Below, in pieces: positions 43,231-52,390 of a DNA stretch of 64,000 bases (position 1 is the stretch's first letter; each line of letters starts with the position of its first letter). Position numbers and translations under genes: made by a program. This DNA is from Phormidesmis sp. Lineage in GTDB: Bacteria > Cyanobacteriota > Cyanobacteriia > Leptolyngbyales > Leptolyngbyaceae. The notes beneath the pieces are model-generated. The model was not told the origin of the DNA and ran no database searches. It was given only the letters and a program-made list of their open reading frames with translations. The stretch is from NCBI GenBank assembly GCA_965248535.1, contig CBDFJR010000002.1:2336001-2400000 (forward strand). The letters are read 5' to 3'.

Positions 43231-44850
43231 ATGGAATGGGTGGAATTTCTGGAGGAGGTGGCAACAGAACACGAACTCTCCACTGATCAGAAGCAAGCTT
43301 TCATTGCACGGTTTGACCTTAAGAATTCTGCCAAGACCGAGAAACAGATTGCGAACCAAACGAAAGACAGCGAGGGTAACGATCTCTTCGCGGGAGAGGC
43401 TGCGTTCAAGAAGCTGATGACCCAGGTGTATCGCAAGCTACAACCGCTTTGTCCAGAACTGGAAACCTCATCGCGAGGAAAACAGCCGAAGCTAAAAGCT
43501 TTCTTGCAGGCAAAGTTTAAGCAGCGTCAGTCGATTCCAGATCCGCCCATTCCTAGAAGTAGCTCAGAAGCGATTCCTGAATCCTCCACACTTGAGTTGC
43601 CCCCGCTCAGAAATCAACAGAATATACCAGGCAATGGGCAGGGAATCCAGATCAACGACGCACAAGCGCCAGTCATAGCTGGTGCTAATCCAGTGGTGAA
43701 CATACATCTACGTGAGGGTAGGGCTGACACTTATAAAAAGACAATTTTGATGTTAGCAGCTAGTCCTGAAAGCGCTACAAAGCCACGATGGAGAGAAGAA
43801 CTCAAAAAAATTAGGGGCGCGGTAGATAGAGCTAAAAGCGATGGAAGATTTGAAGTACAAGACAGGTCTTATATAGGCTCATCCGATCTGTCTGAGGAGC
43901 TAACAAAGCTCACACCTTTTGTTATTCACATTTCTGGATGTGTAGATGGAGTCGAGAGGCTATTTCTCAAAGATACTGGTCAAAATATTGACAATAGTAG
44001 CCGAAAGGAATTGATAGGTGATCTGTTCAAGGAGCACGTAGAGGCAAAGAAAATAGATTGTGTCATTCTGAGCGGCTGCTACCTAGAAGAACAGACTAGA
44101 GAAATTGTTCAGCATATTAACTTCGTAATTGGAATTACTGCTGATCTCGAAGAAGTACACGCTGTCCAATTTCTAAATGAATTCTATTATCAGCTAGCTT
44201 CAGGTCGAGAAATAGAGGCTTCATATCGTCTCGGTTATAACCTTATTAAAAGAGAAGGTTGTTCTGAAGAACTTTCCTTACCCCGACTTTTTACTAAAAA
44301 TGATGAGGTAAGACGTAGAGATTTAGAAAAAGAGTTAGATATTTGCCTTAAGCAGATAGAGAAGGATCCGAGCAATGTACAACTCCGGAAGAAGAAAGCC
44401 AGTCTATTAACAGATTTAGGTCGTATAGATGAAGTAGACGATGCCTATGAAAAAGTATCTTCACTTGATCCTGAAAACCCTAGCATTCGAGTTCAACAAG
44501 GAGATGCGCTAGAGCAATTAGGAGATCATAAGAAAGCAAATGCTGCTTATGAAAAAGCCCTTGAGCTAGACGAGAAAGATTACAAAGTTTGGTGGAAAAA
44601 GGCTAGAGTACTTGTCAAAGCTGGAAAGAATATGGAGGCTGGAGAATGTTACAAAAACGCTCTCTCGCTTCTGCCGCCTTCGCCAGACAATTATGTAATC
44701 TGTAGAGAATATGGTAATGCGTTAGGCAGACTGGAGCAATTTTACGAAAGTATACTGCTATACCAAACATCGCTGTGCTTACAGCCTAACTACCGCATTG
44801 CTAATCATGACAAGAAGCAGGTATACAAAAAAATCTACGCCAAAAAATGA
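43231..44850 (+). CDS. HTH-like N-domain + CHAT (caspase-like) domain + TPR protein; candidate retron partner
   Basis: TILMLAASP, EELKKI, VIHISGC, VILSGCY, FVIG, FLNEFYYQLASG CHAT pattern; about 4-5 C-terminal TPRs. Confidence 0.8.
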   Translation: MEWVEFLEEVATEHELSTDQKQAFIARFDLKNSAKTEKQIANQTKDSEGNDLFAGEAAFKKLMTQVYRKLQPLCPELETSSRGKQPKLKAFLQAKFKQRQSIPDPPIPRSSSEAIPESSTLELPPLRNQQNIPGNGQGIQINDAQAPVIAGANPVVNIHLREGRADTYKKTILMLAASPESATKPRWREELKKIRGAVDRAKSDGRFEVQDRSYIGSSDLSEELTKLTPFVIHISGCVDGVERLFLKDTGQNIDNSSRKELIGDLFKEHVEAKKIDCVILSGCYLEEQTREIVQHINFVIGITADLEEVHAVQFLNEFYYQLASGREIEASYRLGYNLIKREGCSEELSLPRLFTKNDEVRRRDLEKELDICLKQIEKDPSNVQLRKKKASLLTDLGRIDEVDDAYEKVSSLDPENPSIRVQQGDALEQLGDHKKANAAYEKALELDEKDYKVWWKKARVLVKAGKNMEAGECYKNALSLLPPSPDNYVICREYGNALGRLEQFYESILLYQTSLCLQPNYRIANHDKKQVYKKIYAKK

Positions 44851-44880
44851 TAATGTTTACGTAGTGAGGTACTATCTACG

Positions 44881-45101
44881 GTAGAGCATCTGTAGAAACT
44901 ATTAATTTCCATTGACTAAGTGCGATGGTGTATTCCGAAGAAAACTATAGCCCCCACAGTTTAAAGTTCAAAGGGGTGCTACCCTTGTGTAGTGAGCTAC
45001 CACGGGTTAGGCAGAGAACGTAAATACGTTCTACAGATGTTCTGTTTCTTGTAAGAAAGAATCATTCAGTGGCTCTTCGCGAAAAGTTCCTGACTAGTTT
45101 T
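44881..45101 (+). ncRNA. Putative retron msr-msd RNA region
   Basis: Non-coding gap just upstream of the RT, with 15-bp inverted repeat 44883-44897/45029-45043, short IR 44941-44947/45095-45101 and several stem-loops; boundaries uncertain. Confidence 0.65.
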
Positions 45102-46221
45102 GAAAATGTACATTCGCGGGTCTGAAGTCAGCTCAACGCTATTTCTATGTCAGAGCTGTGATGAGCTGAGAAAACTTTTTTTCGATCTCAAAGAACCAAG
45201 AGACGTAGCTGACCTCCTAGAAGTTTCTTATGGTAAGTTGATTTATCATATCTCAAGACTCCCTGAAAACAGGAGGTATGTAGATTTTTCAATCCTCAAA
45301 AAGTCGGGAAAATCTCGAATAATATCAGCTCCTTGTACACCATTGAAAATTTTACAGAGAAAGCTGAGTCAAGTTCTTTATAGTGTCTATGAACCGAAAG
45401 TGACCGTACATGGTTTTGTGCCTGCTAGAAGCATTTTGACAAATGCAGAACAGCACGTACACAAAAGGTTTATACTAAACATTGATTTAAAAGATTTTTT
45501 TCATAGTATCCATTTTGGACGAGTCCGAGGGATATTTACGAAGCCACCTTACAATCTTTCCAGCGAAGTTTCCACGACCTTGGCTAAAATTTGTTGCTAT
45601 TTGGGAAGGCTACCGCAAGGCGCTCCAACATCGCCAATCGTTTCTAATATGATCTGTGCGCGCATGGATAGCGAACTGCGAAAGTTGGCGCAAGAATTCA
45701 AATGCACATGCTACACAAGATATGCTGACGATATAACCTTCTCTACAACTCTATCAAAATTTCCAGGCGAACTAGCATATACAGAAATAGAGGTTGATAC
45801 GGATGTATCAAAAATTGCTTTAGGAGCAAGACTGAGATTGATAATTCAAAATAATGGTTTTGAAGTTAATGAGAGTAAGGTTCGACTACAGTACAAGAAT
45901 CAACATCAGGAAGTCACAGGCTTAACTGTTAATAAATTTCCTAATGTGAAACGGAGTTTTGTACGCGAAATTAGCTCCATGCTTTATGCCTGGGACAAAT
46001 TTGGATTAGAATCGACAGAGCAAAGATACCACGCTAAGTATGCTCAGGATATCGATAAATCTGGTCATAAACCCCCTCCGTTTAAAGAGATTCCTTCATT
46101 TGAGGAGGTATTGCGAGGAAAGATTAATTTTCTCGGTATGGTTAGAGGCAAAGATAACGAAATTTATCGCACGTACTCAGAATGGTTTCGTGCGCTTTCA
46201 AAAAGAGAGTCGGCTAATTAG
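45100..46221 (+). CDS. Retron-type reverse transcriptase (Ec67-like RT, no fused effector)
   Basis: KKSG..R.I.AP, HGF, region X NAEQH, DLKDFF, LPQGAPTSP, YTRYADD, region Y VTG; start may be ATG 45106. Confidence 0.93.
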   Translation: MKMYIRGSEVSSTLFLCQSCDELRKLFFDLKEPRDVADLLEVSYGKLIYHISRLPENRRYVDFSILKKSGKSRIISAPCTPLKILQRKLSQVLYSVYEPKVTVHGFVPARSILTNAEQHVHKRFILNIDLKDFFHSIHFGRVRGIFTKPPYNLSSEVSTTLAKICCYLGRLPQGAPTSPIVSNMICARMDSELRKLAQEFKCTCYTRYADDITFSTTLSKFPGELAYTEIEVDTDVSKIALGARLRLIIQNNGFEVNESKVRLQYKNQHQEVTGLTVNKFPNVKRSFVREISSMLYAWDKFGLESTEQRYHAKYAQDIDKSGHKPPPFKEIPSFEEVLRGKINFLGMVRGKDNEIYRTYSEWFRALSKRESAN

Positions 46222-46259
46222 TAGTTGCAGCTTAACCTAGCATGACAGCGAGCTAGGCA

Positions 46260-46437
46260 ATTTTCTGCACATTAGACAAAAACTGCTAGCTACTACCTCT
46301 CCTAGATCGCTATCCTCAATACCATCTCTCACCGCAATCGCGCCACGCTGTATCCCACAATCGTACATCTCGGCGGAACCGCAGCCGTCCGAGGCATGGT
46401 CGATGCCATGCGCGAAGTCTGCAACCAGTGGAAGTAA
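46260..46437 (+). pseudogene. 3' remnant of a helical-repeat protein gene (repeat copy 1: 46360-46437)
   Basis: ...NRATLYPTIVHLGGTAAVRGMVDAMREVCNQWK*, with an upstream in-frame stop. Confidence 0.6.
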
Positions 46438-46487
46438 TGATAGAACGTTCAAGCAGGCTAAAATACAAACACTTTTCGAGGTGAATC

Positions 46488-46766
46488 ATGATTGAAATCA
46501 CGATCGAGGAAATCTCAGAAGATCTGTCCGCCTATCTACAGCGAGTTCAGGCAGGAGAAAGCTTTGTCGTGTTGCAAGCAGGAACCCCCGTTGCCCAAGT
46601 TGTGCCACCGCAGCCGAAAGTGAAATCGGATCGGGGAAAAGATTTTCTAGAATCCCTAGCCAAATTTCAAGAGGAGATGCTTGCTGAAGGGATTGATCTC
46701 GACCCCGACGAGATCTTTAAAGATGTCAGAGATCGCACTCCTGCCCCCGAACGTCCGAGGTGGTAG
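46488..46766 (+). CDS. Phd/YefM-family antitoxin
   Basis: LSAYLQRVQAGESFVV...PVAQVVP; GAGG RBS. Confidence 0.88.
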   Translation: MIEITIEEISEDLSAYLQRVQAGESFVVLQAGTPVAQVVPPQPKVKSDRGKDFLESLAKFQEEMLAEGIDLDPDEIFKDVRDRTPAPERPRW

Positions 46767-47182
46767 ACTTGCGCTTTCTTCTTGACACGAACACGATCTC
46801 AGAACTATTCAGGCTTCAGCCCAACTCATCTATTGCAACAAAATACGCGCAAAATATCGATGATATTGCGATCGCATCTGTGACCTGGCATGAGCTACTT
46901 TACGGCTTTCATCGTTTACCAACTTCTCGAAGAAAAGAAGAATTGGGCTTCTTCCTGCGTCAGATTATCCGCCCCAACGTTTCGATCCTAGATTATGGTG
47001 AGGACGAAGCAGAGTGGTTCGCAAGTGAGCGGGCAAGGCTCACCGGAACGGGACGAATGCCTTCGTATGCAGACGGGCAAATTGCAGCAATCGCTGCTGT
47101 CCACAATCTTATTCTCGTCACTAGAAATGTTTCTGATTATTCTGATTTTTCAGGGTTAGCGATCGAGAACTGGTTTGAATGA
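46760..47182 (+). CDS. VapC-family PIN toxin
   Basis: LLDTNTISE, WHE, DGQIAAIA, LVTRNVSD. Confidence 0.92.
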   Translation: MVDLRFLLDTNTISELFRLQPNSSIATKYAQNIDDIAIASVTWHELLYGFHRLPTSRRKEELGFFLRQIIRPNVSILDYGEDEAEWFASERARLTGTGRMPSYADGQIAAIAAVHNLILVTRNVSDYSDFSGLAIENWFE

Positions 47183-47339
47183 TTTTGCAGCGATCGCTGG
47201 ATGACATGAAAGATCTTTTGCGATCGCAGTAGTACCGATCAGGTTGACTTGGCTTGTCTAGTCACTCTACTTCGCAATTACTGAAAGCGACAGCAACTCC
47301 TTGGTCTCAAACCCGAATAAAAACAGCGGCTCATTCAAC

Positions 47340-47471
47340 TCCTCAACATTGCCTATTTTTGACTCACTCATCGCAGCCACCGCAATTCACTGGGGACTAC
47401 GCCTAGTCACTCGCAACGAAGAAGACTTCGACAGAACGGGACTCACGATTATGAGTCCGTTTAACCTTTAA
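47340..47471 (+). pseudogene. VapC C-terminal remnant
   Basis: PIFDSLIAATAIHWGLRLVTRNEEDFDRTGLTIMSPF. Confidence 0.75.
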
Positions 47472-47475
47472 CTTG

Positions 47476-47553
47476 ATCGTACATCTCGGTGGAGAAGCCG
47501 CCATCAGAAGCATGGTCGATGCCATGCGCGACATCTGCCAACAATGGAAGTAG
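47476..47553 (+). repeat. 78-bp repeat copy 2 (homologous to 46360-46437)
   Basis: IVHLGGEAAIRSMVDAMRDICQQWK*; 22-nt identical core gcatggtcgatgccatgcgcga. Confidence 0.9.
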
Positions 47554-47677
47554 AAGATTTTGAATTTGAGGATGATTGAAAGAGATCCACCCTAACCGTT
47601 CCAATTAGTTCTGCCGAATTCTGAAGGATCGTGCCCTTCGCTATAATTCAAGCATGGCAATTGTGGGATGAAGATCA

Positions 47678-48058
47678 ATGCAAGCCTCCACCGAGCAACT
47701 CTTAAAAGCAATTGAGCAACTGCCTCAGCAGGAGTTGGATGCGTTCGTTGAGCAAGTTCTAAAACTTCGCGCTCAACGACAAGTTCCCCACCTACCGCAA
47801 CTAGAGTCCGAGCTATTGCTCAAAATTAACTATAGTCTTCCGACTTCATTGCGAACCAGATTTGGCGAACTCGTCGCCAAGCGGCAAGAACTCACCATCA
47901 CCGACGCAGAACTCGCAGAACTCATTGAGATCACCGACGCAAGTGAGCAACTCAATGCTGAAAGAATTGCAGCGATCTCTGAGTTAGCAAAATTAAGACA
48001 TCAAACTCTAGACCAGGTAATGCAAGATTTAGGAATTCACCCTCCTGCCTGTGTCTAA
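47678..48058 (+). CDS. Antitoxin-like helical protein coupled to an HNH gene
   Basis: ESELLLKIN...ELAKLR...VMQDLGI; overlaps the HNH start. Confidence 0.7.
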   Translation: MQASTEQLLKAIEQLPQQELDAFVEQVLKLRAQRQVPHLPQLESELLLKINYSLPTSLRTRFGELVAKRQELTITDAELAELIEITDASEQLNAERIAAISELAKLRHQTLDQVMQDLGIHPPACV

Positions 48059-48500
48059 CGATCGTGTCACAGCAGAACAGCGTCGGATCGTCATTGCCAG
48101 AGCCAAGCAATGCTGCGAATATTGCTACAGTTAGGTAAAATTTGCAACAGACTCATTTTCCGTAGAACACATCCTTCCGCGTAACAAAGGTGGAGCGACT
48201 GTCCTGGATAATCTGGCGTTATCTTGTCAAGGCTGCAATAACTTCAAGCACGTCAAAACGGAAGCACTTGGTCCTCCCAGGGAACAGGTTGTGCCTCTCT
48301 TTCACCCTCAACAACAAATCTGGCGAGAGCATTTTGTCTGGAATGACGACTATACCTTGGTGATTGGAATCACACCCATAGGACGGATCACGGTAAACGA
48401 ACTGAGGCTAAATCGGGCTGGACTAATGAATCTTCGCCGCGTTCTTTTTGCAACGAGTGAGCATCCGCCTCTTGATTCGCTTCCTCTGTCTGACTTATAA
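48051..48500 (+). pseudogene. HNH endonuclease with a premature stop
   Basis: CEYC...EHILP...NLALSCQGCN; in-frame TAG at 48132-48134. Confidence 0.85.
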
Positions 48501-48539
48501 CGTCGATCGTGATGGCAACTTTTGAGACGCGGATCGAAC

Positions 48540-50285
48540 CTACCGCAGTTTCTGCCGGGTTTTCTGGCGCTGTCGTTGTTGAGCTTGATGTCTTCGAGAA
48601 GTGCGCTCCGGTTGATACGCTGCCTGAACTGTCAGTTTGATATAGGCATTCGTCTTATCATCTCCTTGAACCTCTCGCATCCACTGAACATACGGACTTT
48701 GCTGGAGCAGTTGATTGACGGCTTGCCGAAGTTCTCGTGAGGGTAACTTTTCTCGTTTTCCGTCTGAAATTGCCAGTCGCACCACTTTCTCATCCTGCTT
48801 AACGGGATTAGATTCGTTGATGCGACCGCAGTAATCCTGCCAATTTAGAATTATTTGTGGGGGTTGCTTTGCGTTGGCGGGAGAGGCTGACTGCTTTGGG
48901 GTGGCAGATATCGCAGCATCAGGACGACCGTGCAAGCCGTCGAGATTGCGTACATTGTCAGGAATCCGCAAATTCTGACCCATCCGGGCTTGATCGGAAT
49001 CGGCTGGCGGAGTTGATTCACTGATTCGGTTAGCTGCTTGACTTGTTTCTGCTGCTGTTGGCTCTGAATTGCTGACTGCTTGATGGCTTGCCGACTTTGA
49101 GTTTTGATTTCGGCAAGGTCTTGGTTGAGTTTGGTGTTTGTGGTTTGGAGAGACGCGATCGCTGCTTTGAGATCCTTAAGGATTTGCTGAGATATCGGCA
49201 GACTCTCCTGAAGTTCCTCCAAAATCAGATTCATCTGCGGTGTGATCGTCTCGTTCTGTTGCTGAAAGCTGAATAGATGCTGATATAGATTCTCTAGTTG
49301 AGTTTGAATCTGAGATTGATGGGTCTCCAATTGAGGTTGTAGCTGCCCCTCTGGAGTCAGATTCCTCACTGATTCCACTAAGGTTTGAATGGGTTTCAGC
49401 TTCGGTTCGAGTTGCTGAAGGAGTTCCAGATTGTCGATCAAGGTCTGAAGCGATTGAGTCGTTGGGACTGAGTTCTGTTTTTCTAATTTCGATTTGGCAG
49501 CTTGTCTCATTGCGTCGCTCATAATTTTCTCCTAGTTGGAATTGGACACGGTTCCAGGTATAGCGTTTGCCGAGTTTGTAGCCTGGGAAGGCGATGCCAT
49601 TAAGCTTGTAAGAAATGCCTGCGTTGCCTGTATTGACTTGGCGTAATCGGCTCTCGACTCCATAGTTCGCAAGGCGTTGTCTGAAGTCGTCTAAATCGGT
49701 TGAGGTTGAGAGTACATCGTCGATCGCGACTTGTAGCCGCACCCGAACACTCGGTTCTCCCGTCTGATGAAATTGGCGAACTTCATTCACCGTTGGCGCT
49801 GTTACGTCAGTTTCCCAACTCGACGGCACGGACTGAAGTTGGTAGTCCTGCTCTAGTTTGCGAAGCACGAGTTGCGCTTGGCGATAGTCGAGCCAGCCGT
49901 TGACCATCGTGCCGTCGAGCCGCGATCGGGCAATCACCAAATGCACATGATCGTGTTGTGTATCGGTGTGTCTGACCATCACGAATTGGTTGTTGTCAAA
50001 GCCCATTTCGATCAGGTAGTCTTTGGCGATCGCGTTCCACGTTTCCGCTTCTAGATTTCGCCCAACCTCAACGCTCAGACTGGTGTGGCAGACCACAACT
50101 TGGGCGAGATTGCGGGGCGATCGCCTTTGTTGACGTTGTACCGAGAGATTGAATTCAGCGACTAATTCTGAAAGAGCGATGCCTTCCATGTTGCCGCCGA
50201 TACGCTCGGCTCCGGTCTTGCTCAAGACATAGCGGAGACACCCGTAGAAATCCTGCCCTTTGGTGATTTTGGCAAGCATAGTCAA
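48540..50285 (-). CDS. MOBP-type relaxase; single premature TAA at 49176-49178
   Basis: N-terminal Tyr region, HTSLS, HTDTQHDHVHLV; ORFs 49176-50285 and 48540-48983 share a frame with only that stop between them. Confidence 0.85.
48851..49522 (-). CDS. Coiled-coil + TM mobilization accessory protein nested in the relaxase gene
   Basis: AGGAG RBS, 223-aa Q/L-rich heptads, C-terminal TM helix. Confidence 0.8.
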   Translation of the reverse strand: MSDAMRQAAKSKLEKQNSVPTTQSLQTLIDNLELLQQLEPKLKPIQTLVESVRNLTPEGQLQPQLETHQSQIQTQLENLYQHLFSFQQQNETITPQMNLILEELQESLPISQQILKDLKAAIASLQTTNTKLNQDLAEIKTQSRQAIKQSAIQSQQQQKQVKQLTESVNQLRQPIPIKPGWVRICGFLTMYAISTACTVVLMLRYLPPQSSQPLPPTQSNPHK

Positions 50286-50668
50286 GGATGGTTGGATGTT
50301 TTCAGCACGCTTTGATGATGCAGTCCTGATTCTGTGGAGCAGACTCCCGCGATTTCAGCACGAACTTGATGAAGCAGAGTCATCAAGTCATTGAGAAATT
50401 GAAGGGTTTCAGCATCCGTTTGCAGTTGGGTCAGGGTGTCCCCAACTTTTCCGAGTTGTTGGTACGTCTCGATCGCAACGTCCGTCACCACAGGCATTGA
50501 TGGATCGTGAAAGCAGGCGTAGCGGACGTATCGGCTGAGAGGTCATTCCAGCACTTCGTGAGCTAGGGCTTCAAGCTGAGAGCGCTCTTGGAGTGAGAGA
50601 CGAACTTCCACTCGACAGCGGGGCAGAGTGCCGGGGCGAGGCGAAATTTGATCAAAATTTCCGGACAC
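50282..50668 (-). pseudogene. MobC-like ribbon-helix-helix relaxosome protein, frameshifted
   Basis: RVEVRLSLQERSQLEALA...SRYVRYAC...YQQLGKVG across frames; overlaps the relaxase start. Confidence 0.7.
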
Positions 50669-50669
50669 G

Positions 50670-50830
50670 GCATTTGCTTGTTTGTGAAAAGCACGGTACT
50701 ATATCAGCATATCACCCGCCAACACGTTGTGGTGATGCCAAATCTAGAAATGATCTACGCTAAATATCAGCATCTACCCTTCAACCCTTGACCGCATCAT
50801 TGCTACGGCTCTATAAGAAGAGGCAAAACG
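50670..50830. promoter_or_regulatory. Candidate oriT / parC / divergent promoter region
   Basis: Between mobC and parM; direct repeat atatcagcat (50701, 50764) and hairpin 50711-50736. Confidence 0.45.
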
Positions 50831-50831
50831 A

Positions 50832-51921
50832 ATGATCGTGACTTCAATTGACTTGGGTAGCTCTTTAACGAAGAGCTTTTACTTAGACCACGGAATGCCT
50901 TGTCCATTAGTGATGGAACCCGAAATTGCTTCAGTGCAGCCTGAATTGCTCGATCGCTACCAGTCTGTGAACCAAGATGCCTATCCCGAAAAAGTGGCTT
51001 GGGTGCAGCTAGACGATGAAATTGCAGCCGTGGGACAACTTGCTCAAAATTTCGCAGGCGATATGGGATTGGTCGAGCGCAAAGAGCGACGCGCCATTCA
51101 CAAGATTCTGGCGGTTTTAGGATCAGTTCAAGAGCGACTTCAACTGAGTGAGCGCACTCCTGCAATCTTGTCCGTGATGTTGCCTGTGACGGAGTTTAGC
51201 GATCGCAGAAAACTCCAGTCCTCAATTCAGGAAGCTGCTGCGAATTTCACGTTTCGCGGAAAAGCCTTGTCGATCGAGTTCCAAAAGCTGCAAATCCTGC
51301 CTGAAGGGTTTGGCTTGTTCCTAACCTTACGGGCGGAACTGATCAAACAGCAGATTAATCCCAGGAATCGAAATATCTTGGTTCTGATGTTGGGACACCG
51401 AAACCTGAGCCTCTTGATTTTTCAGAATGGCGTTTTGCAGGACACCTCTCGCAGTGACGGTCCCGGATTCTTCAACGCGGTGAAAATTGCGGCATCGCTT
51501 CAAGGACTATCCGAAGGAACGCCACATCTTAACCGAAGCGATCGCAATGAATCACGCCAGCCTGCGAGTTGCAGGACAGCTAATGCCGATTAACCTTAAA
51601 GCGACCAATCTTGCCGCACGAGAAGGATACTGGAAACAGGTCAAAACCTATTTAGAAAACCATCTTCCCGGTGGTGAGTATGATGTGATCGTGGCAGGTG
51701 GAGCCGGGACAGTGATTGAGACTGAACTCAACACGCTGTTTCAGCAGATGGATTTACCAGGACGGCTGAGTTTTGGAGAAGGACTGAAGTATCAGCTTCA
51801 AGCGCTTTTGCAAGACAATCCTGACCTCCGCTCCCAACCCTCTTTGATCGCTCGTATGGCGGATTCTTACGCGGTGTTTGGGTCAACTTGGGCAGCTTAC
51901 CAAACCACAAACGCGGCTTGA
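50832..51921 (+). CDS. ParM/StbA-family actin-like ATPase, split by one frameshift near 51530
   Basis: SIDLGSSLTK, LPEGFG, MLGHRN, VAGGAG motifs over two frames. Confidence 0.85.
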
Positions 51922-51937
51922 TTTGAGGAGATAAACC

Positions 51938-52378
51938 ATGCCAAGACGACCTGCGGACAAAAGCCAACTCAGTCCCAATTCAAAAGAGCGCGTCAGGTTT
52001 ACCTTTGAACCCGATCGCAACTCTCCCAATGGGATTTTGCTGTCTTGGATCTTGCACAAAGCTTACGATGGCAAAGAGAAAATGATGGCAGCAGGTCGCT
52101 CATTCTGGTTGCCCTTCGCGTATCAAGCAAGTGGCAAATACTCCAAAGCTGAACTTCGAGCCGTGGCAAACGAGTCCATCTGGCGACTGGAAGAACAGAT
52201 TCGATTCTTGCGTGAGAACTTTGAAATCGAAGCGCCGAGTCGAACTCCAACAGCACCCACGTCTCAGTCTCAGTCTGCTGACCCTGAACCTGAGAACGAC
52301 CCGAATCAATTTTTTGGGGATTTGGATCTTACGATCGAGGACGATATGTTGGGTAGCCTGGATGATGCAATGGGGTAG
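51938..52378 (+). CDS. Putative ParR-like adaptor
   Basis: Small gene right after parM, GAGGAG RBS, basic N-terminus and acidic tail. Confidence 0.55.
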   Translation: MPRRPADKSQLSPNSKERVRFTFEPDRNSPNGILLSWILHKAYDGKEKMMAAGRSFWLPFAYQASGKYSKAELRAVANESIWRLEEQIRFLRENFEIEAPSRTPTAPTSQSQSADPEPENDPNQFFGDLDLTIEDDMLGSLDDAMG

Positions 52379-52390
52379 AAGGAGGGAGTC

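Noticed and set aside
43096..43359. N-terminal extension of the 159-aa minus ORF 42880-43359
   Set aside because: Overlaps the CHAT-TPR start and shared promoter region; ATG at 43095 gives a more plausible protein
45100..46221. RT as group II intron maturase, DGR RT or CRISPR-associated RT
   Set aside because: Retron region X/Y motifs are present; no intron domain V/VI, TR/VR pair or cas genes seen
51487..51593. Programmed frameshift in parM
   Set aside because: No slippery heptamer seen, and the window shows many probable indel errors
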